NCBI GenBank assembly: GCA_900317295.1
Contig: ONGB01000004.1
Coordinates: forward strand, 15,303-66,808
Length of the DNA stretch: 51,506 nucleotides
Reading direction: 5' to 3'
Source of the DNA: an uncultured Erysipelotrichaceae bacterium
GTDB taxonomy: Bacteria > Bacillota_I > Bacilli_A > RFN20 > CAG-826
This document shows, one piece after another, positions 18,746 through 27,397 of this stretch. A model generated the notes under the pieces. It was not told where the DNA came from and searched no databases. It saw only the letters and a list, made by a program, of their open reading frames with translations. How positions within the stretch are numbered: the stretch's first letter is position 1; each line of letters opens with the position of its first letter. A program made the translations under genes and the position numbers.

Positions 18746-21478
18746 TTAGTTGTCCTTCTTGAACGCCCCGGCGGCGATCTTGATGCCGCGGGCCACCGCA
18801 TGGCCGGCCGCATGGGTCAGCATGCTGGAGAAGTCCTTGGCGTAGATCGCGGTCTTTTTGACCAAGTGGGCGGCGTCGAATTCGCATTTGATGACGCATT
18901 GTCCGCAGCCGACGCAGAGGTTGGGGTCCACCACCGCTTTGCCGCAGCTTAGGCAGCGGGCGCATTCCTTCTTGATCTGCTCTTCGGTCAGCAATCCGCG
19001 CGGATCATCAAAGCTATGGACATCGACCGGTCCGACCGCCGGGATCTGGCGCGGGGCCTTGTCGAAGCCTTCTAGCTCGACATTATCGAGATCGAACTGA
19101 TGGAAGTCGCGATCGTTGCGCCCGGCATCGAGCAATTGGCCCGGTTGGACGTAGCGATGGAGGGAGATGGCGGCTTGTTTGCCACTGGCGATGGCGTTGA
19201 TGCAGAATAGCGGGCCGAGGACGACGTCGCCGCCGGCGAAGATATCCGGCTCGTTGGTCTGGAAGGTCTTCGGATCGGCGAGGATCGTGCCGCGCTTGGT
19301 GAGCGCGACCGCGGTGTCTTTGAGCAAATCGCCATAATGGAAGGATTGGCCGATCGCCTTAAGGACGGCGGTGACCTTGACGGTCTCTAGCGTGTTCTCG
19401 TCGTATTCGGGGTGGAAGCGGCCGTCTTTGTCTTTGACGGAGACGCACTTCTTGAAGACGACTTCGCTGACGTTCTTCTCGCCGCGGATTTCCTTCGGGC
19501 CCCAGCCGTTATGGAGGATGATGCCCTCTTCTTCGGCTTCGGCGATCTCGTCGGCGGCCGCCGGCATCTCCTCGCGGGATTCGAGGCAGTAGAGATGGAC
19601 TTTGTCCGCGCCTTGGCGTAGGCAGGTCCTAGCGACGTCCATCGCGACGTTGCCGCCGCCGATGACGGCGACTTCGCCGCTGAGTTTGACGCCTTTGCCG
19701 AGGTTGACGTCGCGGAGGAAATCGATGCCGCCGTAGACGTTGCCGAGGTCTTCGCCCGTGATCCCGAGGTTACGGGAATCCTGGGCGCCGATTGCGATAT
19801 AGAAGGCATTGAAGCCTTGCTTACGGAGTTCAGGGATCGTGACGTCCTTGCCGACTTCGACGCCGGTTTTGAACTTCACGCCCATGTCTTTGATGACCTG
19901 GATCTCGGCTTCGACGACCTCTTTGCCGAGGCGGAAATTGGGGATGCCGAGGGTCATCATGCCGCCGAGTTTCTCTTCTTTCTCGAAGACGGTGATGTCA
20001 TAGCCATCTTGGGCGAGGTAATAAGCACAGCTTAAGCCCGCGGGGCCGGCGCCGATGATCGCGATCTTCTTATCGCTATAGTCATGGCGTTTCCAGGGGA
20101 GGAAGCGTCCTTCGGGTTTGAGCTCTTGCTCGGCGATGAATTTCTTGACGTCGTCGATGGCGACCGCTTGGTCGATCGAGGCGCGGGTGCAGTGCAATTC
20201 GCAGGGATGGTTGCAAACGCGTCCGCAGACGGCGGGGAAGGGGTTCTCGTGCTTGATGAGAGCGAGGGCTTCTTTATAGCGGCCTTCGCCGGCCATGCGG
20301 AGATACCCTTGGATGCCGATGTGGGCGGGGCACCAGGTCTTGCAGGGCGCGGTGCCGGTCTCGGGGACGACGTCCTTGCGGTGGAAGCGGTAATCCGGGT
20401 CATAGGCCGAGGCCTTGACGGTGTGGTTGGCGTTGCCTTTGGTGAAGGCGATCTTCGTCTTCTGCTTCTCTTCGAGCTTCACGCCCAAGCGGATGGCGTT
20501 GACCGGGCAATACTCGACGCATTTGCCGCAGGCGACGCAGTTCTCCGCCTTGACTTCGCAGCGGTAGTTACTCGCGACTGCGTCGTTGATATGGAATTCC
20601 TCGATCGGGCGGAGGCCGAAGCAGGCGCAGCCGCAGCAATCGCAGATCGCGGTGGTGTTGCCTTCGTTGATGCCTTCGATGTTCGGGATGCAGTGCATGA
20701 GGCCTTCTTTTTCGCAGTCATGCATGATCTGGTAAAGCTCTTCTTTGCTGATCTCGCGGTCCTTGCCGGTGCGGACGAAGAATTTCGCGGCTTTGCCTAG
20801 CTTGATGCAGCGTTCGGGGGCCATGTGGCCGCAGCCTTCGCCCATCTCGGTGCGGCAGGTGCGGCAGGAGCAGGCGCCGACGGAATAGTAGTCGTATTTG
20901 TCGATGTAATAGGAAAGGGTGTCCCTCTCATCGGGCTTCTCTCCCTTGGGGAGGGCTTCCTCGATGGGGATGACGCGCATTAGGCCATAGCCATTGGGGA
21001 TTAAGGTCGCCATCGACTGGAGGCGGTCATGGGTATATTGGTTGAAAGCGCGGCGGATCTCGGGATGCTTCTCGGCGTTAGGCGAGACGACCATGATCTC
21101 GAGGAGACCGGGGGCGAAGATCGGGAGATAGAATTCGCGCTCGATCCCCTGCTCATCCTTATAGTCGGTGCGGATGACGCCGAGATAACCGAGGTGATCG
21201 GTCACTTCGTTGACCTTCTCAATCGGCCAGCCAAGTTTTTTCGCCAGGTAATCGTTGGTGCGGATCTTGCGCAGGCCCATGGCCAAAAGCAAATCGCATT
21301 CCTCATCGGAGACGGAGCCGGCGAGGGCGTAATATTCGGGGGCGTTGGCATCGATTTTGTTCATGATGCCGGAGGGACCGCCGACCATCTTGGCGACTTT
21401 GACGATTTTCGCGCGCAGAGGCTTATCGCCGTCAGCGACGGGTTTGCCTTCCCAAAGGATCACTTGATCAAGTTCCAT
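18746..21478 (-). CDS. Multi-Fe-S FAD/NAD(P)-dependent oxidoreductase (GltD/NfnA-like core with extra ferredoxin and Cys-rich domains)
   Basis: CSCR, ICDCCGCAC, CVACGKCVEYCP, APCKTWCP, CGRVCNHPCE, IGAGPAGL, IGGGNVAMD, RCLSC, CVGCGQCVIKC. Confidence 0.88.
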   Translation of the reverse strand: MELDQVILWEGKPVADGDKPLRAKIVKVAKMVGGPSGIMNKIDANAPEYYALAGSVSDEECDLLLAMGLRKIRTNDYLAKKLGWPIEKVNEVTDHLGYLGVIRTDYKDEQGIEREFYLPIFAPGLLEIMVVSPNAEKHPEIRRAFNQYTHDRLQSMATLIPNGYGLMRVIPIEEALPKGEKPDERDTLSYYIDKYDYYSVGACSCRTCRTEMGEGCGHMAPERCIKLGKAAKFFVRTGKDREISKEELYQIMHDCEKEGLMHCIPNIEGINEGNTTAICDCCGCACFGLRPIEEFHINDAVASNYRCEVKAENCVACGKCVEYCPVNAIRLGVKLEEKQKTKIAFTKGNANHTVKASAYDPDYRFHRKDVVPETGTAPCKTWCPAHIGIQGYLRMAGEGRYKEALALIKHENPFPAVCGRVCNHPCELHCTRASIDQAVAIDDVKKFIAEQELKPEGRFLPWKRHDYSDKKIAIIGAGPAGLSCAYYLAQDGYDITVFEKEEKLGGMMTLGIPNFRLGKEVVEAEIQVIKDMGVKFKTGVEVGKDVTIPELRKQGFNAFYIAIGAQDSRNLGITGEDLGNVYGGIDFLRDVNLGKGVKLSGEVAVIGGGNVAMDVARTCLRQGADKVHLYCLESREEMPAAADEIAEAEEEGIILHNGWGPKEIRGEKNVSEVVFKKCVSVKDKDGRFHPEYDENTLETVKVTAVLKAIGQSFHYGDLLKDTAVALTKRGTILADPKTFQTNEPDIFAGGDVVLGPLFCINAIASGKQAAISLHRYVQPGQLLDAGRNDRDFHQFDLDNVELEGFDKAPRQIPAVGPVDVHSFDDPRGLLTEEQIKKECARCLSCGKAVVDPNLCVGCGQCVIKCEFDAAHLVKKTAIYAKDFSSMLTHAAGHAVARGIKIAAGAFKKDN

Positions 21479-21493
21479 ATCGAATGATTCTCC

Positions 21494-21769
21494 TTATTTC
21501 TTCATGCGGAGGACCAACTTGGTCCCGCTGGTCTCCAAGGTGAAATGCAGATCCTTCTTGCCGATCATGAACATGGCATTGGAGCGGTAAAGCTTGCCGT
21601 CTTTCCATTCGATCTGCACTTGGACGGCGTTTTCTCCCTTGGCGATTTCGAAGGTCTTTTCGCCTTCGTTGGCTTTCATCTCACCTAGCGTGCGAGCGTT
21701 GGTGATGACAAGGACGTCCACCGGGTCGCCTAAAGTCCCGGGGATCCGCGTTAAGGTAAGCTTTCTCAT
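21494..21769 (-). CDS. Small hypothetical beta-rich protein
   Basis: Co-oriented upstream of the oxidoreductase; CATAAT 6 nt before ATG. Confidence 0.65.
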   Translation of the reverse strand: MRKLTLTRIPGTLGDPVDVLVITNARTLGEMKANEGEKTFEIAKGENAVQVQIEWKDGKLYRSNAMFMIGKKDLHFTLETSGTKLVLRMKK

Positions 21770-21864
21770 GGTCCTATTATGCGCCTTGCGCCCGCCCGAA
21801 AGGAAGGGGGCAATTGCCCTAAGGGCAAAGAAAAGGCCCCGATCATCTAGCCCCTTCGAAATGG

Positions 21865-21895
21865 AAAGCGCGCCCGGAAATCATGGGCGCGCTTT
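21865..21895 (-). terminator. Terminator-like hairpin
   Basis: AAAGCGCGCCC...GGGCGCGCTTT. Confidence 0.65.
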
Positions 21896-21912
21896 GATGC
21901 ACTTAGCAAACG

Positions 21913-22326
21913 TTATTCGGGTTTATCTTCCGGCTTGGGGAGGCAGAATAGGCCGAGGATCCCGCCGACCGTGTTGACGATGACGCCAGAAAGGAAGCCG
22001 AAGACGATGTTGATGATGCAATTCGTCTTGGTTGGATCTTTCTTCGCTTTGAGGGCGAGGATGCCGTTGATGAGGGCAAAGACGGCGCAGATGAACATCA
22101 TGACCGCAAACATAATGAACATCCCCTGGATGACGGTAGCCACTTCTTCCGGCGTGCCCGCGATGTCGGAGGTGATGGTCCCGTTATTGAGGCCATCGAT
22201 GATCATTTGTTTGGCATCGGGTCCGGCGAAGATGGCGAAGATGATGCCCCCGATGATCTCGAAGGCCATCCAGACGAAGGAGAGAATGCCGCCGACGAGG
22301 AAGAGGATGTTTGATGCTTTTTTCAT
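21913..22326 (-). CDS. Small membrane protein (about three TM segments)
   Basis: Hydrophobic segments, GGGAGG Shine-Dalgarno, TATAAT upstream. Confidence 0.75.
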   Translation of the reverse strand: MKKASNILFLVGGILSFVWMAFEIIGGIIFAIFAGPDAKQMIIDGLNNGTITSDIAGTPEEVATVIQGMFIMFAVMMFICAVFALINGILALKAKKDPTKTNCIINIVFGFLSGVIVNTVGGILGLFCLPKPEDKPE

Positions 22327-22393
22327 AAATAAAAGCCTCCCTTATGATGACGATATTATAAGCGAATGGGCCTTCGGGCAAGACGGCATATAT

Positions 22394-22415
22394 AAAAAAC
22401 CGGGGTGCCCCGGTT
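22394..22415 (-). terminator. Intrinsic terminator after the TetR gene
   Basis: AACCGGGG-CA-CCCCGGTT followed by a T-tract on the minus strand. Confidence 0.65.
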
Positions 22416-22992
22416 ATTCGACCAAGATGCCTTCCAGGGCGAAGTCGGCGAGCCTAGAAATGGCTTGGGTATAGGTGAGACCGCTTTCGGAGAGCAATCC
22501 CTTGTCGTAGAGGGCTTCCATGTCCGCGCGGAGGAAGGCGATGACCAATTTGGGGTGGACGTCTTTCTTGACGACCCCCGCCTCAAGGCCTTCTACAAGC
22601 AATTTCCCAAGGTATTCCCAGGAATCCTCATAGGCGGAGAGGATCCTAGCGAAGATGTTCGGGGACTCCTCGGAGAGCTCATGGAGGCGCGAAAGATCGA
22701 TTTTGCTCTCCCACGAGGTCTCGATGGTCAAAATGGCGCGCAGTTTCTCGGCGATGGAAAGGCGCTCATCCTTATAGATCTCCTCCTGCCGGGCGCGGAT
22801 TTGATTGACCGCGTCTTCGAGGATATAGACATAGATATCGTCTTTGGAATTGAAATTCCGATAGATGGTCTTCTTGGAGATGTGGATGCGGGCGCAGACG
22901 TCATCGAGGGTGAGCTTCGGGCCATGGAGGTTGAATTCCTCGATGAAGCTATCAACGATGATCCCCCGCATGTCTTTCCGATAGATGGACAT
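22414..22992 (-). CDS. TetR/AcrR-family transcriptional regulator
   Basis: LTLDDVCARIHISKKTIYRNFNSKDDI HTH. Confidence 0.92.
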   Translation of the reverse strand: MSIYRKDMRGIIVDSFIEEFNLHGPKLTLDDVCARIHISKKTIYRNFNSKDDIYVYILEDAVNQIRARQEEIYKDERLSIAEKLRAILTIETSWESKIDLSRLHELSEESPNIFARILSAYEDSWEYLGKLLVEGLEAGVVKKDVHPKLVIAFLRADMEALYDKGLLSESGLTYTQAISRLADFALEGILVE

Positions 22993-23058
22993 CTGACGTC
23001 CTCCTTACTATGCGGTGCAATTATAGAAAATCGCTAGGCCTTTTCAAGGCGGTATTTT

Positions 23059-23694
23059 TTACTTTTCAGTTTCCCCCACTTTGTGGGAGGCATCTATGTT
23101 TTGGCTTTTCTTGGCGAACCAAGGTATCCGGGATAATAGCCGCACCAAAGCCGCGGAGAGGAAGCCGGTGCCTAAGGCTAGCAATGCCATCCAGGGGAGA
23201 TAGAGGAAGATCGCGGGGTTCCCGATATAGAGGTAGCCGACCCATAGCTGCGCGACGCAGTGGCATACCGCGCCTAGGATCGAGGCGAAATAGACGGTGA
23301 GTTTCCGTTTGGAAAGGAAGAGGACGAGCCACATCACGAGGAAGGAGGCCGATGCCCCGGCGAGGCTCATGAACCCGCCCATCGAGAGGAAGGTGCCGCG
23401 CAGCAGGCTCACCAACAACACGCGGATGATATCGACGACGAGGGCTTCCTTGAAGCCGACATAGGCCATTAATAGAAGGATGATGACGTTAGGCAGCCCC
23501 AATTTCATCCCCGGGAGGAAGAGATCGGGGAGGAAGGATTCATAGATCCCAAGGGCGATCGCCATCGCCCCATACATGCCCAACGTGGCGATTTTCCTAA
23601 TCGAGGGGGAGCCTTCTTCTTTTTTGGTCGAGAAATAAAGCAAAAAGATCGAAAGGAAGACCAAAGGCATGCTTATCATCGCGCGGAGATTCAT
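23059..23694 (-). CDS. Gx transporter family protein (heptaprenyl diphosphate synthase component I-like)
   Basis: E..LP...PGMKLGLPN, R..LVSLL.G, SLAGA, SILGAVCH..AQL; typical apbE/NusG-II context. Confidence 0.88.
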   Translation of the reverse strand: MNLRAMISMPLVFLSIFLLYFSTKKEEGSPSIRKIATLGMYGAMAIALGIYESFLPDLFLPGMKLGLPNVIILLLMAYVGFKEALVVDIIRVLLVSLLRGTFLSMGGFMSLAGASASFLVMWLVLFLSKRKLTVYFASILGAVCHCVAQLWVGYLYIGNPAIFLYLPWMALLALGTGFLSAALVRLLSRIPWFAKKSQNIDASHKVGETEK

Positions 23695-24095
23695 CCGACC
23701 ACCACGCTTTCTGAGGAGATTCCCGTTAAGACGATCGACACCCCGTTATAGGCGCAGATGATCGGCTGGGCGGTGGAGGAGACATAGGCTTGATGGACGC
23801 AATATTGCGAGGGGCAGCCCGACTCTTTGACCCTGATCGCGTTTTTCTTCACGGTCAAAACCATCGGGGTCTTCTCCCCTTCGATCGGGATATCGCGTTC
23901 GGCGGTCTCTTGGGATAAATCCAAAACCAAAAGGGTTTCGTTCCCGCGGTAGACGCTGGCCATCAAGGCGGAAACCTTCCTGGGGGCATTGATGAAAATC
24001 AAAGAAAGGATGACGCCGAGGAGTATGACCGACGATAGGATGATCTCGGGTAGATGCTGGCGGATTCCCCTACTCTTCGAAGCCTGGGCCGACAT
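23691..24095 (-). CDS. NusG domain II-containing membrane-anchored protein
   Basis: N-terminal TM segment; IRVKESGCPSQYCVHQ...PIICAYN. Confidence 0.88.
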   Translation of the reverse strand: MSAQASKSRGIRQHLPEIILSSVILLGVILSLIFINAPRKVSALMASVYRGNETLLVLDLSQETAERDIPIEGEKTPMVLTVKKNAIRVKESGCPSQYCVHQAYVSSTAQPIICAYNGVSIVLTGISSESVVVG

Positions 24096-25038
24096 AGGTC
24101 GCCTCCCCGTTTTGGACCAATACCATCCCGAATCCCTTTTCCGTCACGACGGCGCGGATATCTTCTTCTTCCATCGACATGAGCGCGGTCGAATAGACGT
24201 CTAACTCCGTCGGATTATCCCCGGCGAGGATGATCATGTCATAACGCGCCTCGGCGTTTCCAGTGAGGGGATTGACGATATGAGAATAGGTGTTGTTATC
24301 GATGATGGCGCTTTGCTCATGGATCGCCGAAGCCGAAAGGGCGGAGAACGAGGTGCGGAAGCTTTCCCCTTCTAGATGCTCGGGGAAGATTTGGTAATGC
24401 TTGGAGGAGGCGGTGAGGCCGAGAAGAAGGGCGCTATTACCGCCATTGATGAGGTAATGGGTCAGCTTTTCTTCCTTAAGGTATTCTTGGATGATGGACT
24501 GGCAATACCCTTTGCCGAAAGCCCCTAAATCGAGTTTGCCTTCCCCTACCCGAGTGATGGTCAAATTCGCCTCATCGAATACAAGGGAGGTCATAAGCGC
24601 CTCATCGCGGAGGCGGAGGACTTCGCTTTCCTCGGGGAGGGTTTTGCTTTCGATCGCTGCTTTCCATAGGGCGGATAGTTCCCCTAAGAAGGGGGAGAAA
24701 TAGCCGCTTGTCTCTTCTTGATAGGCCACGGCGAGGCGCAGCGCTTCAAAGAGGGTATCCCTGACCTTCACGGGCTCATGGGTGGCGTTAATCTGGGAGA
24801 TGTCGTTATTGGGATGGCCCCCATCGACATCCAGGAGGGCATGGACATCCGCGATGATCTTTTCGATGGCGTAGAGATCGGATTTATGGCCTTCGTTTAG
24901 GCGAAGCGTCCATACCGTATGGAAGGCATAGGGGGAGCTTTCGTATAAGGGAAGGGAAGAGGCGCAAGAAAATAGCAGGCCTGAGAAGGCGAGGATTCCC
25001 CAAATGCGGGGCGATGAATGCTCTTTATTTCTACGCAT
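24070..25038 (-). CDS. apbE: FAD:protein FMN transferase (ApbE/FmnB), lipoprotein
   Basis: Lipobox LLFSC, TSGYF.P..G.L..LW, DLGAFGKGY, INGG, YSHIVNPLTG, DVYSTAL; next to rnf. Confidence 0.9.
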   Translation of the reverse strand: MRRNKEHSSPRIWGILAFSGLLFSCASSLPLYESSPYAFHTVWTLRLNEGHKSDLYAIEKIIADVHALLDVDGGHPNNDISQINATHEPVKVRDTLFEALRLAVAYQEETSGYFSPFLGELSALWKAAIESKTLPEESEVLRLRDEALMTSLVFDEANLTITRVGEGKLDLGAFGKGYCQSIIQEYLKEEKLTHYLINGGNSALLLGLTASSKHYQIFPEHLEGESFRTSFSALSASAIHEQSAIIDNNTYSHIVNPLTGNAEARYDMIILAGDNPTELDVYSTALMSMEEEDIRAVVTEKGFGMVLVQNGEATYVGPGFEE

Positions 25039-25093
25039 GATTGTTTGGTTGGTTGATGGGTTCAAAATACCATCGGCGTTATTCAATTAGAAG

Positions 25094-25140
25094 AGAATGT
25101 TGTCAATTTTGGAATCAGACTCCGTTTTTGCCAACATTCT
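25094..25140. promoter_or_regulatory. 13-bp inverted repeat upstream of apbE containing TTGACA on the minus strand
   Basis: AGAATGTTGTCAA ... TTGCCAACATTCT (12/13 match). Confidence 0.5.
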
Positions 25141-25935
25141 TTATTGCAATAGGGTATCATTTTCTTTTTGCAATCTCTTCTTTTCCCGGTAGTAACGATC
25201 GATGGAAATATGCAGAAGCTCTGCGGCTTCTTTCGGTCGCATTTTGCCCTGTTCGACCTCATGGACGCATTCGCGGAATTTGAGTTCGTTCAGCGGTTTC
25301 TTTTTCCTTCCTTTATACGCGTGCCGGGCTTTTGCTTGTTCGATGCCTTCTTGCTGCTTTTCTTTCGCGGCGAAGCGCGAACGGGAATATAGGCTTAGGA
25401 GCGCGTGGAAAACGATGTCCCTGGAGCTATCGTCGATCACCATGCCGTCCATCAAAAGGTCATCGCCCAAGGATAAATGCTCGAGTATGGCGCGGGTGAG
25501 TGCGCTGTTATTCTGGTAAGGATTGGCTTCTTCGATGGCATATAGGATCTTTTCGTGCTTTTCCATCACGAATAGAGGATCACCGAAATACTGCTCATCC
25601 GTCTTGATCAGGTAAAGGATCGGATCCATGAAGGACATCCCCACGGCGCGTAGCATTTCCTCATAGCCCTCCCGGCGCTTGGATGGCACGCGTTCGGAGA
25701 TGAAAACCGGTTCCTTGTTCTCCCTGACGTATTCCTTTTTCTTCAAATCCAAGTTTAAGCCCGGGATTCCTTGAAATAGGGAGGAATCCAAAAGGGATAT
25801 CACGGAATAATTCGGGCGGAAGACATAACGGAAGGACCCGTCTTCCCATAACGTATAAGAAAGATCGCAAACCGCATAGGTCAGCTGATATTCATCCCTG
25901 ATGGCGATGGTGCCTTCGGAAACATAGCTCTTCAT
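25141..25935 (-). CDS. HipA_N/HipS-like domain fused to a resolvase-type arm and HTH (putative antitoxin/autoregulator)
   Basis: PVFISERVPSKRRE...ML..VGM...DPILYLIKT; C-terminal KQQEGIEQAKARHAYKGRKK...EAAELLHISIDRYYR; ATGA overlap with the kinase. Confidence 0.7.
   Translation of the reverse strand: MKSYVSEGTIAIRDEYQLTYAVCDLSYTLWEDGSFRYVFRPNYSVISLLDSSLFQGIPGLNLDLKKKEYVRENKEPVFISERVPSKRREGYEEMLRAVGMSFMDPILYLIKTDEQYFGDPLFVMEKHEKILYAIEEANPYQNNSALTRAILEHLSLGDDLLMDGMVIDDSSRDIVFHALLSLYSRSRFAAKEKQQEGIEQAKARHAYKGRKKKPLNELKFRECVHEVEQGKMRPKEAAELLHISIDRYYREKKRLQKENDTLLQ
25143..25174. repeat. 32-bp direct repeat, copy 1 (inside the last codons of the partner gene)
   Basis: ATTGCAATAGGGTATCATTTTCTTTTTGCAAT. 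Confidence 0.85.
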
Positions 25936-26798
25936 TTCTTTGCCTCCTGCAATTTCAGATAGGAAACGCGAAGAATCTTTTCATAACGATGGGCGATCAT
26001 CGTTTTATAAAACGCCCTGTGTGTCTCGCTCAGGATGTCGATATCGTCGATCAAGGCATCGACGCGGGAAAGGTCGATGCGCGGGAAGACTTTCGCTAGA
26101 GCCTTGCTCACTTCTTCGAATCGGAGGGAGGAAATGACTTCGTAATAAGAGCTTTTCTTGCCGTATAGTTGGATCTGCGAGGTGGGGAAGCCGTAGACGC
26201 GGAGATTGATTTCCTCTTCGTCTTGGAGGATGCGCCGCATCTCTTCTTCGTCGGTTAACGAAGGGAAAAGACAGGATCCATTATCGAAAACCGGGGCCAT
26301 GCGATAATGGCCATCCTTTTTAAGGAATCCCCAGTTCGCCCCGTGACGATCGAAATTCCCGAGCAACGCGTCGACGATGTAGATCTCAAAGAAGGAGGAG
26401 ACCGTCTCCTCGACGTTCGTCAATTTCTTATTGGAAAGCAATAACGCCATGATGTCCTCGTAGGAGTATTGGTACTGCTCTTTGTCGGTCTCGATCGTCG
26501 ATTCCCCGACATCGTTGAAAGGAACGAATTGGGAACCATCGACGACGAAATCCTTGCAGGCCACCACTTCTTGTCCGTCATAGGTCCCAAGGAAAGTATC
26601 TTGGCAATCGAAGCCGAGCATTTGATAGATATGGCTTCCCAGGTATTCCGAAATCGTATTGAAACGCACGCCGAAAGGTGTGTTCTTTTGGAACTTCAGC
26701 ATGAAGGGATCGCCATGGATCAGCACGCCGATTTTCCGTTCGGATCCGCCATAGTGCCGATGGCTCAGGGGGAATTGATTGAAATCAAAATACTGCAT
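25932..26798 (-). CDS. HipA-like (HipA_C/CtkA-type) kinase
   Basis: YGGSERK, MLKF, ISEYLGSHI, GNFDRHGANWG, APVFDNGSCL. Confidence 0.88.
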   Translation of the reverse strand: MQYFDFNQFPLSHRHYGGSERKIGVLIHGDPFMLKFQKNTPFGVRFNTISEYLGSHIYQMLGFDCQDTFLGTYDGQEVVACKDFVVDGSQFVPFNDVGESTIETDKEQYQYSYEDIMALLLSNKKLTNVEETVSSFFEIYIVDALLGNFDRHGANWGFLKKDGHYRMAPVFDNGSCLFPSLTDEEEMRRILQDEEEINLRVYGFPTSQIQLYGKKSSYYEVISSLRFEEVSKALAKVFPRIDLSRVDALIDDIDILSETHRAFYKTMIAHRYEKILRVSYLKLQEAKK

Positions 26799-26836
26799 GA
26801 AGCTTCTCCGGCTTCATTGTATTGAAAACCCCATCA

Positions 26837-26868
26837 ATTGCAATAGGGTATCATTTGAATTTTGCAAT
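26837..26868. repeat. 32-bp direct repeat, copy 2, overlapping the predicted -35 of the kinase operon
   Basis: ATTGCAATAGGGTATCATTTGAATTTTGCAAT (29/32 identical to copy 1); minus strand TTGCAA-N16-TACAAT. Confidence 0.85.
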
Positions 26869-26884
26869 AAAGGGAAGAAAACTG

Positions 26885-27190
26885 TTATTTCTCTTCGCCA
26901 GGATGTTCAGAGAGATAGGCGAGGATCGGGTCGAAGTTCTTGTCTTTCTTGCCCGGTTTGCATTTGGCGACGTTCTTTTCTTCGCCTTTGACGAGCTTCT
27001 CGGCCATCTCGTGGCAGCCGGCATAGCCGCAGGAGCCGCAGTTATAGTTGGGGAGCAATTTCTCCACTTCCTTGATGCGCGGGTCTTCTTTGACTTCGAA
27101 CACCTTTGAGGCGATGGCCAAAGCTAGGCCCAAAACCAAGCCCAATCCGGCGAGGATCCCTAAAGCGATCAATAAGGTCCAAGGATTCAT
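26885..27190 (-). CDS. rnfB: RnfB, short form (TM plus FeS domain only)
   Basis: LAIASKVFEVKEDPR...LPNYNCGSCGYAGC...A....CKPG; ends at 101 aa. Confidence 0.85.
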   Translation of the reverse strand: MNPWTLLIALGILAGLGLVLGLALAIASKVFEVKEDPRIKEVEKLLPNYNCGSCGYAGCHEMAEKLVKGEEKNVAKCKPGKKDKNFDPILAYLSEHPGEEK

Positions 27191-27393
27191 TGTTGCTCTC
27201 CTTCCTTATGATAACGCGCGTATAAAGGACAACCCTTCTCCCCACATGGCCCGCATTTGCTCATGTCGGGGTGGAGTTCCTCGCAGCCTTCCGGCGCCTT
27301 CATGCGGCGGAATAATAAATAGCCCCCGATCGAGACGACGAGCAAAGTCGCGATGATGGCGATGGCGATGATCAGATACATTTCCTTCGTCAT
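27187..27393 (-). CDS. Small single-TM Cys-rich protein inside the rnf operon
   Basis: TM segment then APEGC...CGPCGEKGCP; ATGA overlap with rnfB. Confidence 0.75.
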   Translation of the reverse strand: MTKEMYLIIAIAIIATLLVVSIGGYLLFRRMKAPEGCEELHPDMSKCGPCGEKGCPLYARYHKEGEQQ

Positions 27394-27397
27394 GGCA

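Noticed and set aside
25141-25935. Calling the HipA partner a functional serine recombinase
   Set aside because: No catalytic YxRVS motif or resolvase catalytic domain; only the C-terminal arm and HTH resemble resolvases
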